The notes under the pieces were generated by a model. It saw only the letters and a list, made by a program, of their open reading frames with translations. It made no database searches and had not been told where the DNA came from. 24,000 nt of DNA, taken from Enterococcus phage 113. This document shows, in pieces, positions 7,055 to 14,878 of this stretch (the stretch's first letter is position 1; the number at the start of each line of letters is the position of its first letter). Both the position numbers and the translations under genes were made by a program. The stretch lies in sequence record MZ147816.1; one strand, 5' to 3'.

Positions 7055-7127
7055 CCGACAGTAAAGGAATCGAACCTCTATCACTAGATTCGTAGTCTAG
7101 CATCCTATCCAATTGAACGAACTGTCG
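7055..7127 (-). tRNA. tRNA-Arg(ACG)
   Basis: CGACAGT/ACTGTCG acceptor, anticodon arm CTAGA-CTACGAA-TCTAG. Confidence 0.9.
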
Positions 7128-7229
7128 CTCTAGGCTAGCAATTACGCAGACTGACTATGGGCACCTTCGTCCCGTCTCCTGCAAGTGCCCTCCTACAGGG
7201 TGTCCGTGGCACCGCAATGTACTAACCGA

Positions 7230-7303
7230 TGTCTCCACAGGGATTTGAACCCCGAACCCCTCGATTAAAAGTCGAGTGCTCTAGCCGATTGAGCTATGAA
7301 GAC
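7230..7303 (-). tRNA. tRNA-Lys(TTT)
   Basis: GTCTTCA/TGGAGAC acceptor, anticodon arm CTCGA-CTTTTAA-TCGAG. Confidence 0.93.
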
Positions 7304-7361
7304 AGTTGTGTTTTTCAAGATAACCCTCTCGAAAAACCGTTACTAATAGAAAAACTAAGGG

Positions 7362-7436
7362 TCTCGACTGACAGATTTGAACTGCCTGCTCCTCCTAAGA
7401 GGCGTGTTACCAAAGCCATACACCAACTCTTCGAGA
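7362..7436 (-). tRNA. Degenerate tRNA-like gene, identity uncertain
   Basis: T-arm GGCAGTTCAAATCTGTC and partial acceptor CTCGA/TCGAG; D region TGGTGTATGGCTTTGGTAACAC; anticodon domain poorly paired. Confidence 0.4.
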
Positions 7437-7437
7437 A

Positions 7438-7511
7438 TATCCCCTACAGGATTCGAACCTGTGACCCCCTGATTAAGAGTCAGGTGCTACCACCAACTGA
7501 GCTAAGGAGAT
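7438..7511 (-). tRNA. tRNA-Lys(CTT)
   Basis: ATCTCCT/AGGGGAT acceptor, anticodon arm CCTGA-CTCTTAA-TCAGG. Confidence 0.92.
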
Positions 7512-7529
7512 AAGATTACCAATAGCTAG

Positions 7530-7601
7530 TTAAGCCTTACGGAATCGAACCGCCATGAGGTTATGAAGCTCACATAGACCACTAGACACAAAACTAGCTT
7601 A
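7530..7601 (-). tRNA. tRNA with anticodon CAT (Met or Ile2)
   Basis: TAAGCTA/AGGCTTA acceptor, loop TTCATAA, T-loop TTCGATT; mismatches at 31-39 and 7-66. Confidence 0.65.
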
Positions 7602-7703
7602 TTGATAAAATTCTATATAGATAATTGTATGCAATGTTCACGCTAACTAACTAGATAACCAATTAATCAACCAAAACATTAATTTGTGAGTTTCCGCTCA
7701 CAA

Positions 7704-7775
7704 TGCTGATTGAGAGAATCGAACTCCCATTCCCGGGTTACAAAGCCGGAGTAATAGCCGTTATACTAAATCAGC
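7704..7775 (-). tRNA. tRNA-Thr(TGT)
   Basis: GCTGATT/AATCAGC acceptor, loop TTTGTAA, T-loop TTCGATT; C-C at 31-39. Confidence 0.8.
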
Positions 7776-7800
7776 GTAACCCCTCAATAGAGGGGAATTA

Positions 7801-8892
7801 TTATACTAAATTACCATACCCGTAGGTATTTGTTTGAGCTTGTTTAAACATGATGCTCTTGATAGTTAAGTCTTTGTACTTTTTATCGTCTTCATCATCA
7901 AGGTAAACATCAACGTTAACGTTCTTACCAGAAATACCGATTGTTTCATCTTTGCCAACTGTTAAGTCTTTACTGTTGAATGATACATCAAAGTAGATGT
8001 CATCTTCTTTTGTACGACTACCGAACGAAACTCTGTCACCAAATAAATCTAAGCTTCGAGAGTTGATTACAACAGGTTGTAACCCACCTTCGAATTGAAT
8101 AGTTACTGTATAATATTGATTTTCGATATTAAGAATATTTAGGTCAGCAATAGCTTCACCAAATGGGATACCAAAGTTTAATTCCAACGCAATCGCTCGT
8201 AAGCAGTCATAGTTTAACTTAATTCTACGGCTAAACTTAACAACACTTTCAATTTCACCATAGTAAGCTTCGTCTAACTTATCTTGCAAGTAAGTACGAA
8301 TTTCATCTGCATCAGGATATTCGAAACGTAAATGGTAATGGAAACGCCCCGGACGATTAAGCATAAAGTCATTTACACGATTTAAGCTATTAACAGTAAG
8401 AGCGTAGATACGTTTACGTTGTGATAAACCATCGAATAAGCTCAATAGTTTTTCTTGTGGTTCACGACCGTCACGGTCACTGAATACTTTTTCAAACTCA
8501 TCGAACAGGATAAGAGACTCTTGGTCAATACTGTCAATAAATTCTGCAATCCCCGGATAAGCTTCTGTAATTAAGATAACAGGCATACCCTCTTCAATAG
8601 CTCGTTGAGATAAGATTTGAGTAAATAGTGATTTACCAATCCCTTTGTCTCCACTTAAAATGATTCCTAAGCTACGATTAATTGTTTTAAATGTGTGTAG
8701 CACTTTTTCAATTTTAGCTAAACGGTCACCGTAAACTTTAGGTTCTTTCAATTCAAAATCGTCTGTTACTACTAGTGAGAACCCAGACATTGGATTGAAT
8801 CGAACTTTATAAGTTTGCGCAGGCAACTTATCATAAGTTTTAAGGTCGTTTGCATAAATTTCATAGTTACTACCATAATTGATTACTTTCAT
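7801..8892 (-). CDS. AAA+ family ATPase
   Basis: Walker A GDKGIGKS, Walker B ILFDEFE; internal ATG at 8892 (MKVINYG) preceded by AAGGGG is the likely start. Confidence 0.8.
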   Translation of the reverse strand: MKVINYGSNYEIYANDLKTYDKLPAQTYKVRFNPMSGFSLVVTDDFELKEPKVYGDRLAKIEKVLHTFKTINRSLGIILSGDKGIGKSLFTQILSQRAIEEGMPVILITEAYPGIAEFIDSIDQESLILFDEFEKVFSDRDGREPQEKLLSLFDGLSQRKRIYALTVNSLNRVNDFMLNRPGRFHYHLRFEYPDADEIRTYLQDKLDEAYYGEIESVVKFSRRIKLNYDCLRAIALELNFGIPFGEAIADLNILNIENQYYTVTIQFEGGLQPVVINSRSLDLFGDRVSFGSRTKEDDIYFDVSFNSKDLTVGKDETIGISGKNVNVDVYLDDEDDKKYKDLTIKSIMFKQAQTNTYGYGNLV

Positions 8893-8931
8893 AAATATTC
8901 CCCTTATTCGTGTGTTGTTAGCATTTGCTAA

Positions 8932-9005
8932 TGGAGAGGGGTGGAATTGAACCACCGACACCTAGTTTTTCAGGCTAGTGCTCTAACCGACTGAGCTACC
9001 TCTCC
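8932..9005 (-). tRNA. tRNA-Phe(GAA)
   Basis: GGAGAGG/CCTCTCC acceptor, loop CTGAAAA, T-arm GGTGGTTCAATTCCACC; C-A at 31-39. Confidence 0.88.
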
Positions 9006-9127
9006 GTGTCAATTTGGACTTATCCCCCACGTGGTTACTAAGATAAGTCCTATGCCTTTGAAGTGTGGATACTCAAAAAATGAGTACAGGTACTAAAAAT
9101 CTGATGACAAGTCAGATTTATGTCATA

Positions 9128-9199
9128 AGCAGAAGGTGAGATTCGAACTCACGTTCAGGGGTTTGCAATCCCTAGCCTTAACCACTTGGCTACTTCCGC
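9128..9199 (-). tRNA. tRNA-Cys(GCA)
   Basis: GCGGAAG/CTTCTGC acceptor, loop TTGCAAA, T73. Confidence 0.9.
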
Positions 9200-9211
9200 A
9201 ATATCAAAATA

Positions 9212-9283
9212 CACGCCGTGAAGGATTCGAACCCCCGTCTTCCGGGTTGGAGCCGGAAATGATAGCCACTACACCAACAGCGC
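9212..9283 (-). tRNA. tRNA-Trp(CCA)
   Basis: GCGCTGT/ACGGCGT acceptor, anticodon arm TCCGG-CTCCAAC-CCGGA, G73. Confidence 0.9.
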
Positions 9284-9373
9284 AAGATTCGGAGGGGAGG
9301 GACTAGCAACCCTCCGAAAAATGTAAGATAATGAGAGATAGAAATTAAATCATGCCACTATTAAAAGTGGAAT

Positions 9374-9418
9374 AGGTAATTAAGGATTCGAACCTTACAA
9401 GCCCTTACTGCTTACCTT
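9374..9418 (-). other. Truncated tRNA / minihelix-like transcript
   Basis: AGGTAA-GCAGTAAGGGCTTG-TAAGGTTCGAATCCTTA-ATTACCT-A: acceptor and T-arm retained, D and anticodon arms absent. Confidence 0.4.
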
Positions 9419-9500
9419 GTAAACTTATAGTATCATGCGTTGTACAGAAAGTCAACACTTTTTATAAAAATAATAGGGAGAAATATTTCTCCCTAAAAAA

Positions 9501-9573
9501 TGGACTACTTGGGAATCGAACCCAAACCTGTCAGTTATGAGCTGACGGCTCTGACCTACTGAGCTAATAGTCC
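9501..9573 (-). tRNA. tRNA-Met(CAT)
   Basis: GGACTAT/GTAGTCC acceptor, anticodon arm GTCAG-CTCATAA-CTGAC. Confidence 0.9.
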
Positions 9574-9780
9574 GTGTAATAATACCACGAAATAAACCTT
9601 AGTAAGTCATATAGTCCCAGAAAGGGAGGCATATGATACTAGTGTTGAGTGCCATAATTGTTTAATAAATGTGACTGAGAGAGTAATAAATTTCTTAGGC
9701 ATGTCCATATGCCTCCTTTCCAATAATGATAGTTTTAAGATATAAACAGAATAAATAAAAGAGAAAATAATAATGAATAA

Positions 9781-9852
9781 TAGCGCATGAGAGAGTCGAA
9801 CTCTCGATTCCGGTTCGAAAGACCGGTGTCTTGACCGCTTGACCAATGCGCC
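9781..9852 (-). tRNA. tRNA-Glu(TTC)
   Basis: GGCGCAT/ATGCGCT acceptor, anticodon arm CCGGT-CTTTCGA-ACCGG. Confidence 0.9.
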
Positions 9853-9857
9853 ATAAA

Positions 9858-10391
9858 CGAGCTATATGGGACTTGAACCCATGACCTTCTCCGTGAATAC
9901 TGACAAGTACTGTTGTATGCTATCAGTATTATTTTCGTACCAACCTAGCATTCTATTGCAAGGTTGACATAGTATCCCTCGGAACTTGTCTGTCTTGTGA
10001 CAGTGGTCAGCACACTTCTTAAGTTTGTTTAACTCAAAAGACTTACCACAAATAGCACAATTTGTTGCTTCTTCTTTGGCTTTAGTTAGTTCAGCTAAAG
10101 ATATATCTAGAGTAACGCCTGATATAACTGCTTTACTTTCAAGTGCTACTTTAGTTCGATGAGCATTGTGGCACGCATAGCTACAAAAAGTTTTCTTTTT
10201 CTTGCGTTCACTAGCGTTAAGGTACATTTCCTTCTCGCAGTGTTTACATTTAAAGTAGGTTAGCTTACCGTATTCAGTTGTACTGCGAATATGACTACTT
10301 TTATGCCCACCTAATTGTGTAGCTTTATCAAACGAGAGTCCACAAATATCACAAATGTACATGCTAGCACTCCTGACTGCTCCAATAGCCC
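9858..10391 (-). pseudogene. tRNA gene split by an HNH endonuclease ORF (3' half Glu-like, TTCAC anticodon side)
   Basis: 5' acceptor GGGCTAT (10385-10391) pairs with 3' acceptor ATAGCTC (9859-9865); T-arm ATGGGTTCAAGTCCCAT; HNH ORF lies between and overlaps the 3' half. Confidence 0.6.
9862..10362 (-). CDS. HNH homing endonuclease
   Basis: MYICDICGLSFDKATQLGGHKSSH...CAICGKSFELNKLKKCADHCHKTDKFRGILCQPCNRMLGWYENN; Zn-ribbon HNH (endonuclease VII-like) motif; start at ATG 10362 with AGGAG upstream. Confidence 0.85.
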   Translation of the reverse strand: MYICDICGLSFDKATQLGGHKSSHIRSTTEYGKLTYFKCKHCEKEMYLNASERKKKKTFCSYACHNAHRTKVALESKAVISGVTLDISLAELTKAKEEATNCAICGKSFELNKLKKCADHCHKTDKFRGILCQPCNRMLGWYENNTDSIQQYLSVFTEKVMGSSPI

Positions 10392-10517
10392 AATGTTTCC
10401 CCAACCACCGCCACCTAGGGGATTCGTACGTCTACGTGAGTTTTTTGGTTATACATTATTGTTCAAGACAATAAATTGTACGAGTGGAATACCAATCTAC
10501 CACTCTGCGGTTCCTAT

Positions 10518-10589
10518 TGCGGTAGGTGGGAGTCGAACCCACTAAAGCTTGGTTATGAGTCAAGTGCCTAAACCGTTCAGCATCTCCGC
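10518..10589 (-). tRNA. tRNA with anticodon CAT (Met or Ile2)
   Basis: T-arm GTGGGTTCGACTCCCAC, loop CTCATAA, 3' acceptor CTACCGC with imperfect 5' partner GCGGAGA. Confidence 0.6.
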
Positions 10590-10615
10590 AGTAATACAAG
10601 TTTGGTTAAAAACTC

Positions 10616-11197
10616 AAAACTTAATAGATTAAGGGCTTTTCTTCCTGCTTCATATACACTCACTGCATTCGGTCACATACTCAGAGAGGCTGAACCATCG
10701 GGAGCTACCCAATAGCTTCTCTCTGCCTTTAATGTATGGTCTAGCACGGTGGCTAACAACGTTCACCTAAACATTCAGCTATTAAAAGTATTAATGAACA
10801 TATATCCTTATGTCTTCTATAATATTTTCATCAAAAGCTGACTTAAGCTACTTGTACCAAGGTCTCTTGTTAAACCTGTATTTCTACAGTTCTCGTCAAA
10901 GGGAGTCTTTTGAGTTTTCCAAGGTCTGCCAAGCTTCTCACACTTCCACCTAACTTGGATTCTTTTCCACAGGAACGTCTATTGTATCCCCCAAGAGTCT
11001 TGTACCTTACAATCCATGTATACTCCACATAACGCTTAACTGATATTAGCTTTTACTAATAGTTACTCCTATGTTACCATAAGACCTACCTGCAACCCAA
11101 AGCACTATCGCACCTTCGGTTACATCCAGATTCACGCCACGTTATCCTAGCAAGCTGTTCAAACTTTCTGCACTAGGTTCAAAATCTATTAAGTTTT
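10616..11197 (-). ncRNA. Large structured phage ncRNA, ROOL/GOLLD-like candidate (~582 nt)
   Basis: No ORF, inside tRNA array, ends form a perfect 15-bp helix AAAACTTAATAGATT (5') / AATCTATTAAGTTTT (3'); many internal hairpins such as CTGTAGAAATACAG and GAAGCTATTGGGTAGCTCC. Confidence 0.6.
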
Positions 11198-11234
11198 CAA
11201 TTTTTAACCACTAACTTGTGGTGTAATACTAATA

Positions 11235-11265
11235 TAGCATAACATTACAAAGTTGTAAACACCTT
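11235..11265 (-). promoter_or_regulatory. Promoter for the large ncRNA
   Basis: Minus strand TTTACA-17 nt (ACTTTGTAATGTTATGC)-TATATT. Confidence 0.55.
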
Positions 11266-11287
11266 TTTGTAAGTTTTTTTGATTTTT

Positions 11288-11875
11288 TTATGAAAGATAT
11301 TCTGTAATAGTTATACCTGATGTTCTCTCTAAATAATGAAATTCTCTGTGACAGTTTGAGCACAGCAAAACGCATTTCTTGATTTCGTTTTGCACTTCAT
11401 CATTAAGAAATGAAGCCCTTGCTTTATCAGCTAAAGTAAACTCCTTCTCATTAGGGTCTTTATGATGAAAGTCTAAAACGTAATGTCTAGTGTCTCCACA
11501 TTTTTGACATCCGATACTTGATTTATAATCGTTAAAAGACCTAAGCTTACTAGCATATTTTAACTTTTCCTCAGCACGAACACAAGGTTTACATGTATTA
11601 AGCTGTCTACCGGAACCCGACATGTAATAATCAGATAAGGGTTTAGTCTTTTTACACACTTTACATATTTTAGATTTTCCATTATTACCGGATACAGCTT
11701 TATAAAAGTTGTAGTTAATACCCATATCTTTTAAAGCTTTATTTAAAGTTTTCGGAGTACAACCTAGTTCTCTAGCTATTGATACTTTTGACAAATTCGA
11801 GTTTAACAACTCCTGTAATTGCATTCTGATGTTGTCATTGTTTGCAATATCTTTGGCTGATACCAAGTTAAACAC
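11288..11875 (-). CDS. HNH endonuclease
   Basis: CKVCKKTKPLSDYY...CQKCGDTRHYVLDFHHKDPNEKE...CVLLCSNCHREFHY; HNH with zinc-binding cysteines. Confidence 0.85.
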   Translation of the reverse strand: MFNLVSAKDIANNDNIRMQLQELLNSNLSKVSIARELGCTPKTLNKALKDMGINYNFYKAVSGNNGKSKICKVCKKTKPLSDYYMSGSGRQLNTCKPCVRAEEKLKYASKLRSFNDYKSSIGCQKCGDTRHYVLDFHHKDPNEKEFTLADKARASFLNDEVQNEIKKCVLLCSNCHREFHYLERTSGITITEYLS

Positions 11876-11900
11876 TCCTTAACCATTTGAGTAACCTTCC
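11873..11900 (-). pseudogene. tRNA-Ser-like 5' half remnant upstream of HNH gene
   Basis: GGAAGGTTACTCAAATGGTTAAGGAG closely matches the 5' half of tRNA-Ser(GGA) at 3332-3418 (GGAAGGTTACTCAAACGGTAAAGAGG). Confidence 0.6.
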
Positions 11901-11910
11901 AAAAGCAAAA

Positions 11911-11936
11911 AGGGAACCCCTGTAATTAAACAGGGG
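11911..11936 (-). terminator. Terminator-like hairpin
   Basis: Minus strand CCCCTG-TTTAATTA-CAGGGG-TTCCCTTTTTG. Confidence 0.5.
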
Positions 11937-12009
11937 TAAGAGAGATGTCTCTAAAAGCCTACAACCATTATAACATAGAAACATAGTTTGTACAGCCGTA
12001 ACTGTACAA

Positions 12010-12835
12010 CTGTCAGGACAGGGTTCGAACCTGTATCGCACGGAGCTAACCGTTTGCTAACCATTTTCGTATGGAGTTATCAGAAACACCGTACAATCGA
12101 CCAGTAGCACTATAGCCTAACTTCTCAACTTGTTTAGCCAATTCGTCATGACTAGGACGTGCAACTTTTCTATTTTTATTTCCTATACACTTAGCACACA
12201 AACCTGTCTTACCAGTACCCTTAATAGGTTCCTGACATTCTTTGCAGAGATGAACTTTTTTGTTGTTCCTTCCTGCATACGTATCAGTTTGTGAATGACA
12301 GTTCGGACATAGAAAACATAAATTATGTAGTCTATTATCATCTGGTATGCCATTCTTGTGTTCTAATTGTAGAGTTAGCTTCTTGCCATTCCAGTTTCCA
12401 TCATTTCCGCAACACTCACACACATATGATAGCAATCCTTCTTCGACTAAACGTCTTTTCAAGGTAGCTCTACAATAGGTAGAATGTTCTACTAGAATTT
12501 CTTCTAGAGGCGTTTTCTGATGTAGGAACTTAACTTTAGCTTTAATAGGGTCAAAATGGTCAGTCGATAAACCCTCTTTACTAATTCTATCTTTTACTGT
12601 TCGGTAGTTATTACCTCTAGTAGATAAATTGTAGTGTCGAAGGATTTCTGAGTAAGTTGTTGAATTAGCAACTACACTCGCAAACTCGTTAGTACTCGCT
12701 GTCCAAATAGGGCTAGTTTTTTGTTTCATGTTACATACTCCTTATTCATGTTCTATATATAATATAGCACACGTGTAAGGTGTAACATAGAATCCCCATT
12801 CGAACTGTGTGTCCTACCTGTTAGACGACCTGACA
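12010..12835 (-). pseudogene. tRNA gene split by HNH endonuclease cassette
   Basis: 5' acceptor TGTCAGG (12829-12835) is perfectly complementary to 3' acceptor CCTGACA (12011-12017); D-arm GTCTAACAGGTAGGAC beside the 5' part and T-arm ACAGGTTCGAACCCTGT beside the 3' part. Confidence 0.6.
12046..12729 (-). CDS. HNH endonuclease
   Basis: CECCGNDGNWNGKKLTLQLEHKNGIPDDNRLHNLCFLCPNCHSQTDTYAGRN HNH motif; own AAGGAG and TA-rich promoter region upstream. Confidence 0.88.
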   Translation of the reverse strand: MKQKTSPIWTASTNEFASVVANSTTYSEILRHYNLSTRGNNYRTVKDRISKEGLSTDHFDPIKAKVKFLHQKTPLEEILVEHSTYCRATLKRRLVEEGLLSYVCECCGNDGNWNGKKLTLQLEHKNGIPDDNRLHNLCFLCPNCHSQTDTYAGRNNKKVHLCKECQEPIKGTGKTGLCAKCIGNKNRKVARPSHDELAKQVEKLGYSATGRLYGVSDNSIRKWLANG

Positions 12836-12926
12836 AAAGGTGGAACCTCCCTAAATTCGGGGAAGAGGGAGGTTCTCATGCTATTAACAAACACGAATTT
12901 GCTAACCAAGTAATCTTGACTAGCAA

Positions 12927-12997
12927 CTCACCTAGCAGGACTTGAACCTACAAGAACTGGTTAACAGCCAGTCATGATACCGTTTCATCATAGGTGA
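12927..12997 (-). tRNA. tRNA-Asn(GTT)
   Basis: TCACCTA/TAGGTGA acceptor, anticodon arm ACTGG-CTGTTAA-CCAGT, G73. Confidence 0.9.
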
Positions 12998-13002
12998 ATT
13001 TT

Positions 13003-13040
13003 AGTTCTATCAACATTATAACACAAAAGCTGATAGAACT
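13003..13040 (-). promoter_or_regulatory. Promoter/operator-like region at the head of the tRNA array
   Basis: 10-bp inverted repeat AGTTCTATCA...TGATAGAACT flanking a minus-strand TATAAT. Confidence 0.5.
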
Positions 13041-13250
13041 AGCAACTTTTTTTACAAACTTAACAACTTTTTTCTTAACTACTGATTCAGCAACTTACTC
13101 AATAGTTAAAGACTTAAAGAAAGAGGAAGTAATTGAGGTATGTCAATCACTAACTAAAGTATACAACATTTTTATCATCCTGACAACAACTAAATGCAAA
13201 AAAGTTCAAAAAAGATTATAAATAGTTAAATTATCAGAATATTCAAATTA

Positions 13251-13387
13251 ATGTCCTATTTTAAATTTTTGACCTCCTTATATACTTAATACTATATATT
13301 AAATCTATATATCTAAATTATATAAATATTAGACTATATATTATTAATATATATAAGACTTGCAAAAAATTAAAATAGGACATTTTT
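13251..13387. repeat. Long AT-rich inverted-repeat element, copy A
   Basis: Left arm ATGTCCTATTTTAAATTTTT, right arm AAAAAATTAAAATAGGACATTTTT; similar to the element at 18720-18850. Confidence 0.7.
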
Positions 13388-13433
13388 CTGACAATTCACT
13401 TTTAGATAAAAAGAAAGAGAGCAAAATGCCCTC

Positions 13434-13772
13434 TTACCGTGTTTCAAAGTATTCCTTGATTGTATATTCTCTAGCTTCTTTAGCTTCCTCAGTTTCATCT
13501 TCAGGAGCTAAATACAAGTCAGTAATTGTAGTAGGTACCCCTACCATCTTGTAGTCAATAAAAGTAGCTTGACGTAGATTTAAGTATCGAATACCTGTTG
13601 TTCTATCAGTACCTGTATGAACAGGCAAGAAAGTTAATTCTTTACCTCTGACAGAGCCATTAGCTTGTGTTAGTGCATCAACTACAGTTCCGCCCATATA
13701 GCGTGGAAATAGGTAAACCTTGTCAGTACCTACTGTAATTTCTGCGACCTTTTCGTGTGTTGGATAGTTCAC
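13434..13772 (-). CDS. Hypothetical phage protein (112 aa)
   Basis: Provided ORF with AAGGAGA upstream. Confidence 0.65.
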   Translation of the reverse strand: MNYPTHEKVAEITVGTDKVYLFPRYMGGTVVDALTQANGSVRGKELTFLPVHTGTDRTTGIRYLNLRQATFIDYKMVGVPTTITDLYLAPEDETEEAKEAREYTIKEYFETR

Positions 13773-13826
13773 TTATAATTTCTCCTTTCAGAATATGCTA
13801 TAATTACAGTATAAGTATAACATATT

Positions 13827-14174
13827 CTATGGTTTAAAAATGCTGAACACGTAAGTCACAACCGCACCGAGAACAATCATGAAGATGTTTTCCACGATGT
13901 CCCTTTTATGGTCAAACTCTTTGTCGTTTACACCTTCGAGAGCATCAATGGTTTCTTCCAGTTTTGTAATCTGGTACGTAAGATGTGAATATTTCTCTTC
14001 ATGAACAGCTAACCTTTTATCAAGACTGTTAACGATGTCCTTCAATTCACTAACTGCATTATTCAGTTCTGTGTTGTCCTGTTTAATGCCCTTCTCAGTT
14101 AGTTCTCCATGTTGGAGCTTGTCTTCCAATCGTTGCAGTCTTAATACTAGGTCACCTATTTGGTAATCGTTCAT
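13827..14174 (-). CDS. XhlA-like membrane-associated coiled-coil protein (115 aa)
   Basis: Coiled-coil N-terminal part followed by C-terminal transmembrane segment IVENIFMIVLGAVVTYVFSIFKP. Confidence 0.6.
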   Translation of the reverse strand: MNDYQIGDLVLRLQRLEDKLQHGELTEKGIKQDNTELNNAVSELKDIVNSLDKRLAVHEEKYSHLTYQITKLEETIDALEGVNDKEFDHKRDIVENIFMIVLGAVVTYVFSIFKP

Positions 14175-14213
14175 TTGTGCTCCCCCTCTCGGTTGTATAG
14201 CTCAATCTCCCGG

Positions 14214-14471
14214 TCAGTTAGAAAACCACATGTAACCGCCTATGCCCAGAATACATCCGACAAGGTAAATAATTGGAGTATACAGCCCAATGAAGAGCAT
14301 AACCACGCTACCAACACTAAGTCCGTATAATATCAAAAGATACTTATACGATGCCAAAGGACTTAAATCTGCTTGCAGTTTTTTGTACTGTATAGCTCGG
14401 GTGACATAGTAGGATGCTGAGTAAACGAACAACTGTAGCAATAACATAGCAATAAATGCTAGTCGGTACAT
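14214..14471 (-). CDS. Small membrane protein, possible holin
   Basis: 85 aa with multiple hydrophobic segments, adjacent to XhlA-like gene. Confidence 0.5.
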   Translation of the reverse strand: MYRLAFIAMLLLQLFVYSASYYVTRAIQYKKLQADLSPLASYKYLLILYGLSVGSVVMLFIGLYTPIIYLVGCILGIGGYMWFSN

Positions 14472-14589
14472 TCTATCGCCTCTCTTCTTTCCTAGAGCTA
14501 TCTTTAATATAGTACACCAAAGCCTTTATAATCAGGTGTGCTAGATTAAATATGTAGGCTAAAAAATATAAACGGAAGAGTGAGAAAAA

Positions 14590-14859
14590 GTGAAGGTACG
14601 GAAAAAATTATTATACAAATCAATTTTTATCACCATCTTTGTTATCATCATGATTTGTGCAAGTAAGCTGATTGCAGATATGCTAGGCTTAGAACAACAC
14701 TTTACAGCAACAATGCTTGTAGGGGGTTCTTTGTGGGCTTGGATAGCTAGTATTATCTTTGATTCTTATGAGCAGAGGAAAAAGAAAGATAATCTACAGC
14801 AACAGCTTCATGAAGCACTGCGTGATTTAAAAGAGATAAAAGCGTTAATCAAAAAATAA
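14590..14859 (+). CDS. Small membrane protein (89 aa)
   Basis: GTG start with GAGTGAGAAAA upstream; two hydrophobic segments and a charged coiled-coil tail. Confidence 0.6.
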   Translation: MKVRKKLLYKSIFITIFVIIMICASKLIADMLGLEQHFTATMLVGGSLWAWIASIIFDSYEQRKKKDNLQQQLHEALRDLKEIKALIKK

Positions 14860-14878
14860 TTAATAAGGGGTGGAGGAT

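Noticed and set aside
7229-7513. 94-aa plus-strand ORF
   Set aside because: Antisense to tRNA-Lys(TTT), a tRNA-like gene and tRNA-Lys(CTT); no independent coding support.
9290-9316. Hairpin CGGAGGG...CCCTCCG as a terminator
   Set aside because: Strong stem but only a short T/A tract and its position is ambiguous; kept as unassigned structure.
10315-10545. 76-aa plus-strand ORF
   Set aside because: Antisense to the split tRNA/HNH start and a tRNA gene; peptide ends in a tRNA-derived GGSRTH pattern.
12994-13221. 75-aa plus-strand ORF starting at the tRNA-Asn boundary
   Set aside because: Low-complexity AT-rich sequence, start overlaps the tRNA gene and the minus-strand promoter region.
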